Virus record (IMG/VR): IMGVR_UViG_3300025467_000009
Coordinates: 1-64,000 of that record
Length of the DNA stretch: 64,000 bases
Reading direction: 5' to 3' (one strand)
DNA from: a virus
Of the stretch, positions 1 through 8,390 are shown one piece after another. How positions within the stretch are numbered: the stretch's first letter is position 1; each line of letters begins with the position of its first letter. The notes under the pieces were generated by a model. That model worked only from the letters and a program-made list of their open reading frames with translations. It made no database searches and was not told where the DNA came from. The translations under genes were made by a program, and so were the position numbers.

Positions 1-2
1 TG

Positions 3-590
3 TCTTCAATTGATTGGAATGAGTGGTCTTCACACAAACTCCCTACTGTACCACAGGGCAAAAAAGTTACTGGATTTTCTGGTGAAATAAATACCGACTT
101 CTTCTTTGATGGTGGTACAACTGGTGGCAGTAACTACACACTTGGAAGTGATGGTAGTTATACTAAAACCTTATCACCTAAAGCACAAGAGGCTTATAAG
201 ACTACTCGTCCCGATAGCTATAAAAATCTGGACCCACAAGGACGTTATACTGAAAATTGGGAGAATACAGTATTTATTGACCCACGCCATAGTGGGATAG
301 GACATTTTATAAAACACAATCAACCTGCTGCTGAAAAACAATCAGATGGTAGTTTCAAATATAAAGCATATGGACTAATAAAAGGTATGCCAGAAGAACA
401 TATAATTAGCCGTGACTCTACAAGTCCTGAAGCAGCATTGGGTACTTACTATATTCCCAAAAATCATATTAGTACTACACCATTCGTAGGTGCTATACCG
501 TTTCAACATGGAAAAGTAACATTTGCTGATGGTAGTACTAAGAATGCACAACATAAAGGAAATGCTGTAGGCGAGGTGAAATATCAATGA
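3..590 (+). CDS. Hypothetical protein, 5'-truncated by the window edge
   Basis: Frame 3 is open from base 3 to the stop at 590 (SSIDWNEWSSHK...VKYQ). The track ORF 387..590 is only its 3' end. Confidence 0.7.
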   Translation, partial: SSIDWNEWSSHKLPTVPQGKKVTGFSGEINTDFFFDGGTTGGSNYTLGSDGSYTKTLSPKAQEAYKTTRPDSYKNLDPQGRYTENWENTVFIDPRHSGIGHFIKHNQPAAEKQSDGSFKYKAYGLIKGMPEEHIISRDSTSPEAALGTYYIPKNHISTTPFVGAIPFQHGKVTFADGSTKNAQHKGNAVGEVKYQ

Positions 591-1015
591 ACTGGAATAC
601 TAGATACGCAATGGAATATGAAAGACATTCCCCTGCTGACTCTACGACTGGTACCCCACTACATAAATTTTACCCACTAGCTGAACAAAAAGTTAGAAAT
701 AGTAATAATGGCAAGATTCCTGCTGATATGAGGAGCGCATTGACTAAGATTAAGAAGTTTCATGAGCAGCCTGACCGCTTGGTTACAGTCTATCGTGCTG
801 CTGAACAAGGTTCAGATACAAAAACCAAATTAAAAAAGGGTGATTGGGTTACAACCGACCAATATCAAGCTTTTCATTACCGAGTTAATAGACAGGGACC
901 TATAATTACCCAAAGAGTTCCGGCCCGTCACCTATACCATGTCCATACTCCTGAAAACATAACAGACGAATACATCCACGGCCCTATTCAAGACTTTGGT
1001 TATGATCCCTCTTAA
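587..1015 (+). CDS. ADP-ribosyltransferase-fold-like protein with MNWNTRYA leader
   Basis: The pattern VTVYRA...KGDWVTT...A..Y...V.ARHL...FGYD resembles ART-like domains of phage/polyvalent proteins. Start overlaps the upstream stop (ATGA). Confidence 0.5.
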   Translation: MNWNTRYAMEYERHSPADSTTGTPLHKFYPLAEQKVRNSNNGKIPADMRSALTKIKKFHEQPDRLVTVYRAAEQGSDTKTKLKKGDWVTTDQYQAFHYRVNRQGPIITQRVPARHLYHVHTPENITDEYIHGPIQDFGYDPS

Positions 1016-1077
1016 ATGTAAATTCACTCAACTCAAAAGACTTATAGTCTAGTCGTAGCGCTTCGCGAAAGGTAGAT

Positions 1078-1097
1078 GGGGCGCGTCCCCTTTTTTT
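1078..1097 (+). terminator. Small GC hairpin plus U tract
   Basis: GGGG-CGCGT-CCCC followed by T7, just before ATG 1100. Confidence 0.4.
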
Positions 1098-1099
1098 AT

Positions 1100-2215
1100 A
1101 TGAACTGGAACTTAAGATACGCAGTATGGCAAGACAGTGAAGAGAACCGTGCTGCCTTTTGGGCTGGTAGAAGTGAGTATTACAAGGACTTCCCGGAGAA
1201 AGTTCCTCATGGTACCAATGAGGGTTATAGTGCTGGTGGTTGTCGCTGTGATGATTGTTCAGAGGCACATAGTAACTATCAAAAAGAATATCTTGGTAGA
1301 ATAAAAGAAACACTAGAATCAGATCCAGACCATGAACTTCACGGTACGTACACAGGTTATGCTACCGGTTGTAGGTGTGATAAGTGTTCAAGTAAAGCAA
1401 CTAGTTATAGGTCTGAAGGATTAGCGGCTATGCAAGCTGACCCCGACCACCCATTCCACGGAACTTATACTGGATACGCTAGTTTTGGTTGTAGATGTGG
1501 TGACTGTAAGCAAGCCGGTAAGATTCAAAGAAAAAAAGTTAGAAGTGAACTACTAACTATTTTACAAGCAGATCCGGAACACCCAAAGCATGGGACTGAA
1601 CTGGGAAGAGCGGCTGGTTGTAAATGCCCACTTTGTAAAAGTTACGCTGACAAAGTAAATGCAGAATATGCAGAAAAAAGAAGGGATAGAAGGTTGACTA
1701 CTTCTAGTTGGAATAAAAGATACGCCAATAGTAAGATACCATCTAAATGTGTATTTTGTAATGGCTCTAGTCACTACTTTAAGACTGCTAAAGAAGTTAT
1801 AAAAGATGAGAATTGGTCAGACTTTACTCCTGGTCAAGAAGGTTTACCTAGAAAGTTCTGGACTGAAACAAGTAGTAACTTTATGCATATGAAACCAATG
1901 CCTAAGTACGCTCCTGTTCCTTATATTCAAGATCCACTAGCAAACCCTGATGAAGAACATGCAATGAAAGCTATAACAGAACACAGGTGTGTCTTCTGTG
2001 GTGTTCCTTTTAAAAGAGATGAAACTGTTACTAGATTTACTGATAGTAGTCCTAATGTAAATAGTCTTCAACCGGCTGAATATTTTCCAATGCATGAAAA
2101 GTGTATGAGTACAACTAGAAGATTCTGCCCTGGACTGTATAACCACCCAGATGAACACTTTGAAACTGGTCCTTACGAACAATTAAGAGCTAATGCTGAA
2201 AGGCAAGTTCTTTGA
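1100..2215 (+). CDS. Two-module Cys/His protein with four HGT..GC(R/K)CxxC zinc-binding repeats
   Basis: Likely start MNWNLRYA at 1100. Four repeats of H-G-T-x(6-7)-G-C-[RK]-C-x2-C, then a second module after SSWNKRYA with CVFC motifs. Confidence 0.75.
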   Translation: MNWNLRYAVWQDSEENRAAFWAGRSEYYKDFPEKVPHGTNEGYSAGGCRCDDCSEAHSNYQKEYLGRIKETLESDPDHELHGTYTGYATGCRCDKCSSKATSYRSEGLAAMQADPDHPFHGTYTGYASFGCRCGDCKQAGKIQRKKVRSELLTILQADPEHPKHGTELGRAAGCKCPLCKSYADKVNAEYAEKRRDRRLTTSSWNKRYANSKIPSKCVFCNGSSHYFKTAKEVIKDENWSDFTPGQEGLPRKFWTETSSNFMHMKPMPKYAPVPYIQDPLANPDEEHAMKAITEHRCVFCGVPFKRDETVTRFTDSSPNVNSLQPAEYFPMHEKCMSTTRRFCPGLYNHPDEHFETGPYEQLRANAERQVL

Positions 2216-2334
2216 TAGAAAACTGTCCCCTCGCTATCTTTGATAGTTGCCCGTTATGTGGCAATGAATTAGACCCAGAACACGCTCACTTTAAATGCAA
2301 AACATGCGGATGGCGAGACTCTTGCTGTGACTAA
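2212..2334 (+). CDS. CPxCG zinc-ribbon microprotein (40 aa)
   Basis: TTG start overlapping the upstream stop; ...SCPLCGNELDPEHAHFKCKTCGWRDSCCD*. Below the ORF-track cutoff. Confidence 0.6.
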   Translation: MIENCPLAIFDSCPLCGNELDPEHAHFKCKTCGWRDSCCD

Positions 2335-2335
2335 A

Positions 2336-2363
2336 TGTAAATACCAATTTATATCAATAGAGT
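2336..2363 (+). promoter_or_regulatory. Phage promoter motif TGTAAA-N18-GAGT
   Basis: Matches the recurring intergenic motif. Confidence 0.5.
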
Positions 2364-2369
2364 AGTATA

Positions 2370-4046
2370 ATGATATTTAACTCCCAGGACACTACAGAAA
2401 CTGACTTAGGCCAGAAAAAATCAGAACCTATTGGCGGTTCTACACTGGACATGAAAGTTACCGACCACATTGAAGAAGGTAAGATTAGTGTTCCAAGAAT
2501 CGGTCGGGTGTTTAACTCAAACTGGGAACCACCAACCGAACAAGATGCCATAGACGCCGACCACAAAAGCACTATGAGTTACATGAGAGCATTCCTTTCT
2601 GGTGATAATCCAGAATCAGATAAGGCTTTTAAGGCACTTGATGAACATGTTGCACAATATGGTGACAAGTGTACACAGTGTAAGAGAGTTAGAGGTGCTA
2701 AGGTGTTCAACTCACAACCCCTTAATAAAGGGGAAAGTGGGGGCTCGCGAAAAAAATTAGCGGAGTTTTCAATGCCAAGCGGAAGTCAAGAGACATTTAC
2801 GCCTGATAACTCGCACTTTAAGACACACTTTCGTCTAAACCAAGGTCCAATGAAGACCAAGTATCTAAAGACTACTAGGAAGACGGGCGAAGAACCAAGT
2901 GAACTTGCCGATGAAGCCTTTGGAATGGGTGGATTTAATGATTCAGGCCCACATCCCGCACTACTTGGAAGAACTCTTGACCAATTTTTTGGTATTAGAC
3001 TGAGGCCGAGAGTCCCGGAAGGCACGCCAATGCACAAAAAACGTGGCCTTCAACAACAAGCACTTGCAGTTAATCCAGAATTCCCTAGTATTACTGAAGA
3101 TTCAGGAAGAAATCTTGATGCACCTCATGAAGTAACCCTTGGTCACTTACTACAAACTCCTAGTTTTATGGTAAGAGATGGTGAAAATGGAACAAGAACC
3201 CTTGGAAGTACAACAGATACTGAGGGTAGAACTTTTGATGACCACCCAAGTAACGCACTTGCCCGGGGTGGAATTGTAGAAAGACGACTTTACCATGAAG
3301 CAATGGGAAGATTGTCAAGTCACCCTGATATAAAAGTTGTTGATGGTGAAATTTCTTGGACTCCAGAAGCACATAAGGCAGTTCAAGGTGAAGTTGAAAA
3401 ATATAAAAAAGATGTCCAAAGTCTTTACCATGGTAATGGAGCAACTTTGCAGGATGGAACTAGAGTTCGACCACTTTATATGTCAAAACGTGCAGCTAGT
3501 TTTATCACCGATGTTAATGAACACTTTGAGCCCCACCCAGAAGATGCAGAAAGATGGCAAACTGCAATGACTGCTTTTGGGAATGTTACTAAAGGTTCTG
3601 GAATTAGGACAATGGCCGAGAGAGCACACTCACCTTGGTCTCAAATGTATGATACTTCTTTCCAAAGAAGAGTTGAAGACAGTGATGATACTACATTAAA
3701 AGATGTTTTTAAAGAACACTTAGGAGAAAAAGGTCAACACAGGTATGTTGCAAGTGCTCCTGTAGGAAGTTTTGCTCAAGAAACAGAAAATTGGAAAACT
3801 GCACTAGGTGATAGGTTGCGTGGTAACTCCAGAGGAGCAGAAAGTAGCACACCAGAACTCACTCCTACTGAACTTGCTAGAAGTCCAAAGCCACCTAAGA
3901 CCAAAAGACAAAAAACTTTTAGAGTTGCACCAACACCAACTCCTATTGATTGGGAATCTATAAAAGGTGAAGGAACTACAGCAAAAAAGAGAACTTTTTC
4001 TTCAAAAGTTAAAAAGTTTTTCTTTAATTCCAGTAATTCCAAGTAA
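2370..4046 (+). CDS. Hypothetical protein (558 aa), hydrophilic, possible internal head protein
   Basis: Long ORF with a CxxC and no recognisable family. Confidence 0.75.
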   Translation: MIFNSQDTTETDLGQKKSEPIGGSTLDMKVTDHIEEGKISVPRIGRVFNSNWEPPTEQDAIDADHKSTMSYMRAFLSGDNPESDKAFKALDEHVAQYGDKCTQCKRVRGAKVFNSQPLNKGESGGSRKKLAEFSMPSGSQETFTPDNSHFKTHFRLNQGPMKTKYLKTTRKTGEEPSELADEAFGMGGFNDSGPHPALLGRTLDQFFGIRLRPRVPEGTPMHKKRGLQQQALAVNPEFPSITEDSGRNLDAPHEVTLGHLLQTPSFMVRDGENGTRTLGSTTDTEGRTFDDHPSNALARGGIVERRLYHEAMGRLSSHPDIKVVDGEISWTPEAHKAVQGEVEKYKKDVQSLYHGNGATLQDGTRVRPLYMSKRAASFITDVNEHFEPHPEDAERWQTAMTAFGNVTKGSGIRTMAERAHSPWSQMYDTSFQRRVEDSDDTTLKDVFKEHLGEKGQHRYVASAPVGSFAQETENWKTALGDRLRGNSRGAESSTPELTPTELARSPKPPKTKRQKTFRVAPTPTPIDWESIKGEGTTAKKRTFSSKVKKFFFNSSNSK

Positions 4047-4132
4047 AATGAAATTTGACAACTTGAAAATAATCCTCAATGATATATAATGACTTGTTGA
4101 AGTCTACAACGAGTCGTTATATGGGAGTGAAT

Positions 4133-4426
4133 ATGAGTAAATGCAATGATGGTAACTGTGAAAATTGCAACTGCAAGCAAAGCCAATCTCTAGGTGAAAC
4201 CAGATATGCCTTCTGGGAAGGTCTTGACAAGTATCTAAACAATCCAGAACTTGTAGGAACTGGTTATACACTCTCACTTAGTGACCCTGGTACTAAAGAG
4301 GGTTACAAAATTACTTTTAGAACAGAGATTAGTATTTTTGAGTTCTTTAATATCTTCCAAGAATACTTTGATGGGTCAAAGCTTCAGATGGATGTAGTCT
4401 ACACAGGCGAAGAAGACCTAGACTAA
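4133..4426 (+). CDS. Hypothetical protein with Cys-rich N-terminus
   Basis: GGGAG before ATG 4133 (MSKCNDGNCENCNC). Sigma70-like TTGAAA-N16-TATAAT at 4063-4090. Confidence 0.65.
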   Translation: MSKCNDGNCENCNCKQSQSLGETRYAFWEGLDKYLNNPELVGTGYTLSLSDPGTKEGYKITFRTEISIFEFFNIFQEYFDGSKLQMDVVYTGEEDLD

Positions 4427-4427
4427 A

Positions 4428-4455
4428 TGTAATTTCCCCTAACTGTCACGTTAGT
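4428..4455 (+). promoter_or_regulatory. Phage promoter motif TGTAAT-N18-TAGT
   Basis: Recurring motif; the ATG lies 3 nt after TAGT. Confidence 0.6.
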
Positions 4456-4458
4456 GGT

Positions 4459-4896
4459 ATGACAGTCGAGGCACATGATGGAAATATTACTCACCACTAT
4501 ACTATTCATTATCCTGCTCACCCTGAGCGCACCTCCGACCCACATTACAAAGATTTCAATTCTTACAGGCAGAGAACGAAAGATACTGCGCAGTGCTCTA
4601 TTGGTCTGCATCGTAATGACTTTAGTGAATGTTCTTTAGAAAAACCTCTTGAACTCCATCATAGTCATGTTGAGTTCAGTTTACAAAATGGTGTAGACTT
4701 AAAATGGCTAGAAATCGACTACCCTGGTATCTCAGACCCAGAAAACGTAGGCGCATGGGTAGAAAGTGCCGATAACCTTGAATGGCTTTGTGAATTTCAC
4801 CACAGAGGTCATGGTGGTATTCATACCGCAGCCGCTTCTGACTTTGAAGCAGAAAAATATGTTAAGGGATTAATTATTTCCCAGGAGTCAAAATGA
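4459..4896 (+). CDS. HNH-like His/Cys protein
   Basis: LELHHSHVE...NLEWLCEFHHRG..GIH resembles a beta-beta-alpha-metal motif. Confidence 0.55.
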   Translation: MTVEAHDGNITHHYTIHYPAHPERTSDPHYKDFNSYRQRTKDTAQCSIGLHRNDFSECSLEKPLELHHSHVEFSLQNGVDLKWLEIDYPGISDPENVGAWVESADNLEWLCEFHHRGHGGIHTAAASDFEAEKYVKGLIISQESK

Positions 4897-5138
4897 GTAA
4901 CTGGAATAAACGTTATAATATAGAGAAAAGATCTTCTACCGCTGAATTGCTAGGACTTCTTACCCCAGCTGCAATTGTAGCTCAACCCTTTATTATGGAT
5001 AGAATTAATAAACATAATGAAAAAAGAGAGCAACAAGAACTCCCTAGTGCTATAAGCAGTGATTATATTGAACCATCAGAAAATAATGAAGAACTTCCTA
5101 GGCCTCAAATGGGTTTTCAACCAAACAAAAAGAAATAA
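4893..5138 (+). CDS. Small protein with MSNWNKRY leader
   Basis: ORF coupled to the upstream gene; shared leader motif. Confidence 0.7.
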   Translation: MSNWNKRYNIEKRSSTAELLGLLTPAAIVAQPFIMDRINKHNEKREQQELPSAISSDYIEPSENNEELPRPQMGFQPNKKK

Positions 5139-5141
5139 ACT

Positions 5142-5183
5142 ATGAATTGGTCTGAGAGATATGTAAGAGGTCTTATCAAATGA
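5142..5183 (+). CDS. 13-aa micro-ORF consisting of the leader only (MNWSERYVRGLIK)
   Basis: ATG 5142 to TGA 5183; the stop overlaps ATG 5180. Confidence 0.4.
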   Translation: MNWSERYVRGLIK

Positions 5184-5788
5184 CATGTAAGCTAGGGCAT
5201 ATTGATGCTAAAATAGGTTGTACAGACTGTATTAACCAAGCAATGAATATTATTACACCACTTCTTCAAACTGGTCGTATACCACATTTTAAAATTTTTC
5301 GTTCCAAACCTTCAGAAAAAACACAAGAAGAAAATTCCAATACTCCAGTACAAGGAACAGTTGGAATGAAATGGTCTGAGAGATATGCTAAAAAATCTTC
5401 AAAAGAAAAAGTTTGGTACCAACTTTCTAAAAGTTTTTATGAAAAAGACATGGGTTGGATTAAAAATGCACACTGGATTGGTCCTGTAGAAGTTCCTCTA
5501 GATAGAGTTAATTTTTCTACTGAAAATACTTGGACTGCAAGAAAAGAACCAGAACTTGTAAAGAGTAAAGTCAAGAAAATTAAAAAAGGCAAAAGAAAGC
5601 CTGTAGTTCTTATTGATGCCCCAAAAAATAATAAGTATTTTATTTTAGACGGTCACCACAGAGCCTTGGCTTACAAAGAACTAGATATTCCAATAACTGC
5701 TTTTATTGGTAAGGTAAGTAAAGAAAAAGGTCCCTGGGATACTTTTCATAATAAACAAAAGCCAAAAGATCCAGAGGCAAAACTATGA
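5180..5788 (+). CDS. ParB/Srx-like domain protein (internal start MKWSERYA at 5366)
   Basis: KPVVLID...YFILDGHHRALAYKEL is the ParB-N signature. Confidence 0.75.
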   Translation: MTCKLGHIDAKIGCTDCINQAMNIITPLLQTGRIPHFKIFRSKPSEKTQEENSNTPVQGTVGMKWSERYAKKSSKEKVWYQLSKSFYEKDMGWIKNAHWIGPVEVPLDRVNFSTENTWTARKEPELVKSKVKKIKKGKRKPVVLIDAPKNNKYFILDGHHRALAYKELDIPITAFIGKVSKEKGPWDTFHNKQKPKDPEAKL

Positions 5789-6222
5789 ATTGGAACAGTC
5801 GTTATATTAAAGAAGCAGCTCTTGATGACACTTACAAACAATTGTTTGAAAAGTTTAAAGGGGAGACAGCATTTACTGCACCAACTGACCCTCGCCGTCA
5901 AGCTTGGAAAGAATACACTTCTACTCCTTTAAAAGATGGAACAGTTAGAGATCGGGATTATTGGTCTAACTCAGACCACATTAATCCAAATGACCTAGAC
6001 CATTCAGCTTTAATGAGGGTATGTGACAAATGGTCACCTATAATAGCAAGAGCAACCGGTGGGGACTCAAATAGTGGAGAAAGTTACCATTGGCCTGTAG
6101 CTAATCATATTGCAGAAATGAAAGATTATCACCAATCACAATTTCAACCAACTTTAAATGATGCTGTTTTTAGTCCACCACCTCACAGAGAACAAATAAC
6201 TAGAAAAAGAAGGAATCAATAA
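5785..6222 (+). CDS. Hypothetical protein with MNWNSRY leader
   Basis: Coupled ORF; shared leader followed by IKEAA. Confidence 0.7.
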   Translation: MNWNSRYIKEAALDDTYKQLFEKFKGETAFTAPTDPRRQAWKEYTSTPLKDGTVRDRDYWSNSDHINPNDLDHSALMRVCDKWSPIIARATGGDSNSGESYHWPVANHIAEMKDYHQSQFQPTLNDAVFSPPPHREQITRKRRNQ

Positions 6223-6956
6223 TGTCAGAAGAACGTTCAATTGGTAAGTTAGGTAAACTAGCACCAGAAATGCCTACAGGATTAAATATGTTGGCATCAT
6301 ACTTGAATAGTCCACTTCCAGAAGCACCAGAAAGTGTTTCTGTGCCTGAAGTTTCAAATTGGGACATGCTAGGAAATGACAAATATGGTGATTGTACCTT
6401 TGCTGGTATGGTACATGCTTTTATGGCAACTGCTAGTGAAGAAAAAGAAACAGAAACTTTCCCAACAACCGGTGAAACTGTTACTGCTTATTTAACTTAT
6501 AATAATGGACAAGATGTTGGTGCTGTAGAAGCACAACTACTCCAAACTTGGAAGAGTAAAGAAATTCTAGGCCGTCAGTTAATAGCTTATGCACCGGTAC
6601 CAGTTAGTAACCTAGATGAGGTTAAACAAGTTATTAATACTTTCGGTGTATGCTATATTGGGATTAGAGTTCCAGCCGCTTGTGAAACACAGTTCCAACA
6701 ACACCAACCCTGGGCAGTAACTAACACACCAGCAGATGACCAAATCCTTGGTGGTCACTGCATTATTCTAGTTGGTTATGACTCACAATATTTCTATGCA
6801 ATTACCTGGGGTGCAGTTCAAAAAATTGAATATACCTGGCTTAATCAATACATGGATGAAGCATGGGCAATTATTACTCCAGAAATTTCTCAAAAAGATG
6901 GTTATAATGGCTTAAACCTTGAACAACTTGAGAAAGACATTGAGGCATTAGCATGA
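6222..6956 (+). CDS. Papain-like (C1-type) cysteine peptidase
   Basis: GNDKYGDCTFAG (Cys) and GGHCIILVGYD...ITWG (His) motifs. Confidence 0.75.
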   Translation: MSEERSIGKLGKLAPEMPTGLNMLASYLNSPLPEAPESVSVPEVSNWDMLGNDKYGDCTFAGMVHAFMATASEEKETETFPTTGETVTAYLTYNNGQDVGAVEAQLLQTWKSKEILGRQLIAYAPVPVSNLDEVKQVINTFGVCYIGIRVPAACETQFQQHQPWAVTNTPADDQILGGHCIILVGYDSQYFYAITWGAVQKIEYTWLNQYMDEAWAIITPEISQKDGYNGLNLEQLEKDIEALA

Positions 6957-7360
6957 GCGAAGAAGTAAAACCAGAAACACCAAGTAATCAAGAGCTTGCA
7001 GCAGATACATTAAATAAATTAACGGGGTATTTATCTGATGCTAGAGATGTTCACGCAAGAGCAGCTCTTTTGCCTTTAAATCACCCAAGATACCACCCAG
7101 ATAACATAACTGCCTATCATGCATGGAACCATGCTTTAGAAACACTTGATAAGTATGTAAAAGGTGGAGGGTTTGATGAAGATTGGGATGAATTTACAAA
7201 AGCTCATACAGATGCAAGAGCACTTAGTACAAAGATTTTGAATGAAACAAATGCTTTGCATGAAGCTAGTATTGACAATGAATTTAGAAAACTTTCAAGT
7301 GCACTTTCAAACATTGACAAAATTTTAGGAGAAAAAGAACTAGTAAGTTCTTGGAACTAA
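6953..7360 (+). CDS. Hypothetical helical protein
   Basis: Coupled ORF, 135 aa, ends SSWN. Confidence 0.7.
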   Translation: MSEEVKPETPSNQELAADTLNKLTGYLSDARDVHARAALLPLNHPRYHPDNITAYHAWNHALETLDKYVKGGGFDEDWDEFTKAHTDARALSTKILNETNALHEASIDNEFRKLSSALSNIDKILGEKELVSSWN

Positions 7361-7361
7361 T

Positions 7362-8333
7362 ATGGGAATTAAAAGAAGTCCTGCACCTTATGAATATGAT
7401 GGTGACTACCTTGCTGAATGGCCTAAGTATGGACTTAACTTTGATAAGTTAAGAAGTTTAGACCCTGAAGGTGAAACCAAAAAACAAGAATATTTAATGG
7501 GGAACGTACCCCATGTAACTAGAATGTTACGTTCAGGGTTCAAACCAGAAGACTTTAGTAGTTTGCACCCAGGTATACCTTTACCAGTTTATTCTGAAGC
7601 CTGGGAACACAATATCCATCCTTCAGTATTAAATAAAGCTTATTTTGTTGGTTCATTAAAACCAGAAGACTTAGAATCTAAGCCTGATAACTTAAAAAAG
7701 TATATTAAACAACAACACAGAATTTTCCCAACAATAGATGAAGGTTCAGGTGCAGGTTATAAAAATATAATTCCAGGAAACATGGGCCATTTTGTTAGTT
7801 CACTTATTTCTGGAGCAACTCCTGAAGAGGCAACAGAAGCACACAGACTACTTATGCCTTATGCAACTTCTAAAGACTATATTCTTGGTAATGAGGACTC
7901 AGAGCAACACTTTTATACACCACTAGATGAGTATGCTAAGTTTAGAAAAAATGGTGGTAGTCATGATGAGTTTAAACAACTTCACTCTGCAATAACTGCA
8001 AGCCACAGTAGAAAAGGTATTAAACAGTCAACTCCAGAAGCCAGAGCATCATTAAGGAGTATACTTTCTAGTTATTCTGACTATAGAGGTATGGGTTTAA
8101 GTCACCAAGACGCTGGTAAAGCGGTTTCTAAGTTTTCTGAAGGAACTTCACCACTTATAATTAAAGGTGATGAAACTTTTAGAAAAGCAATTAAACATGG
8201 TGCAACTTCTGATGAATACTGGGATGCTTCTGGTAAAAAAATGGATATGAACCAATATGCAGAAGATAGAAAAACCAAGAATCATGCTCAAGCTTTAAGA
8301 AAAGGGACTTTTGACATTAGTTCTTTATTTTAA
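7362..8333 (+). CDS. Hypothetical protein with short helical repeats (GATPEE/GGSHDE/GLSHQD/GATSDE)
   Basis: 323 aa ORF with degenerate internal repeats. Confidence 0.7.
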   Translation: MGIKRSPAPYEYDGDYLAEWPKYGLNFDKLRSLDPEGETKKQEYLMGNVPHVTRMLRSGFKPEDFSSLHPGIPLPVYSEAWEHNIHPSVLNKAYFVGSLKPEDLESKPDNLKKYIKQQHRIFPTIDEGSGAGYKNIIPGNMGHFVSSLISGATPEEATEAHRLLMPYATSKDYILGNEDSEQHFYTPLDEYAKFRKNGGSHDEFKQLHSAITASHSRKGIKQSTPEARASLRSILSSYSDYRGMGLSHQDAGKAVSKFSEGTSPLIIKGDETFRKAIKHGATSDEYWDASGKKMDMNQYAEDRKTKNHAQALRKGTFDISSLF

Positions 8334-8338
8334 ACTAT

Positions 8339-8366
8339 TGTAAAAATGCCAAAAAATCATTCTAGT
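8339..8366 (+). promoter_or_regulatory. Phage promoter motif TGTAAA-N18-TAGT
   Basis: Exact consensus, intergenic. Confidence 0.65.
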
Positions 8367-8390
8367 TAAAGAACTATATTAAAGGAAAAA

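Noticed and set aside
106-300. Track ORF 106..300 and stand-alone 387..590
   Set aside because: The first is a shadow frame; the second is the 3' end of the ORF open from base 3.
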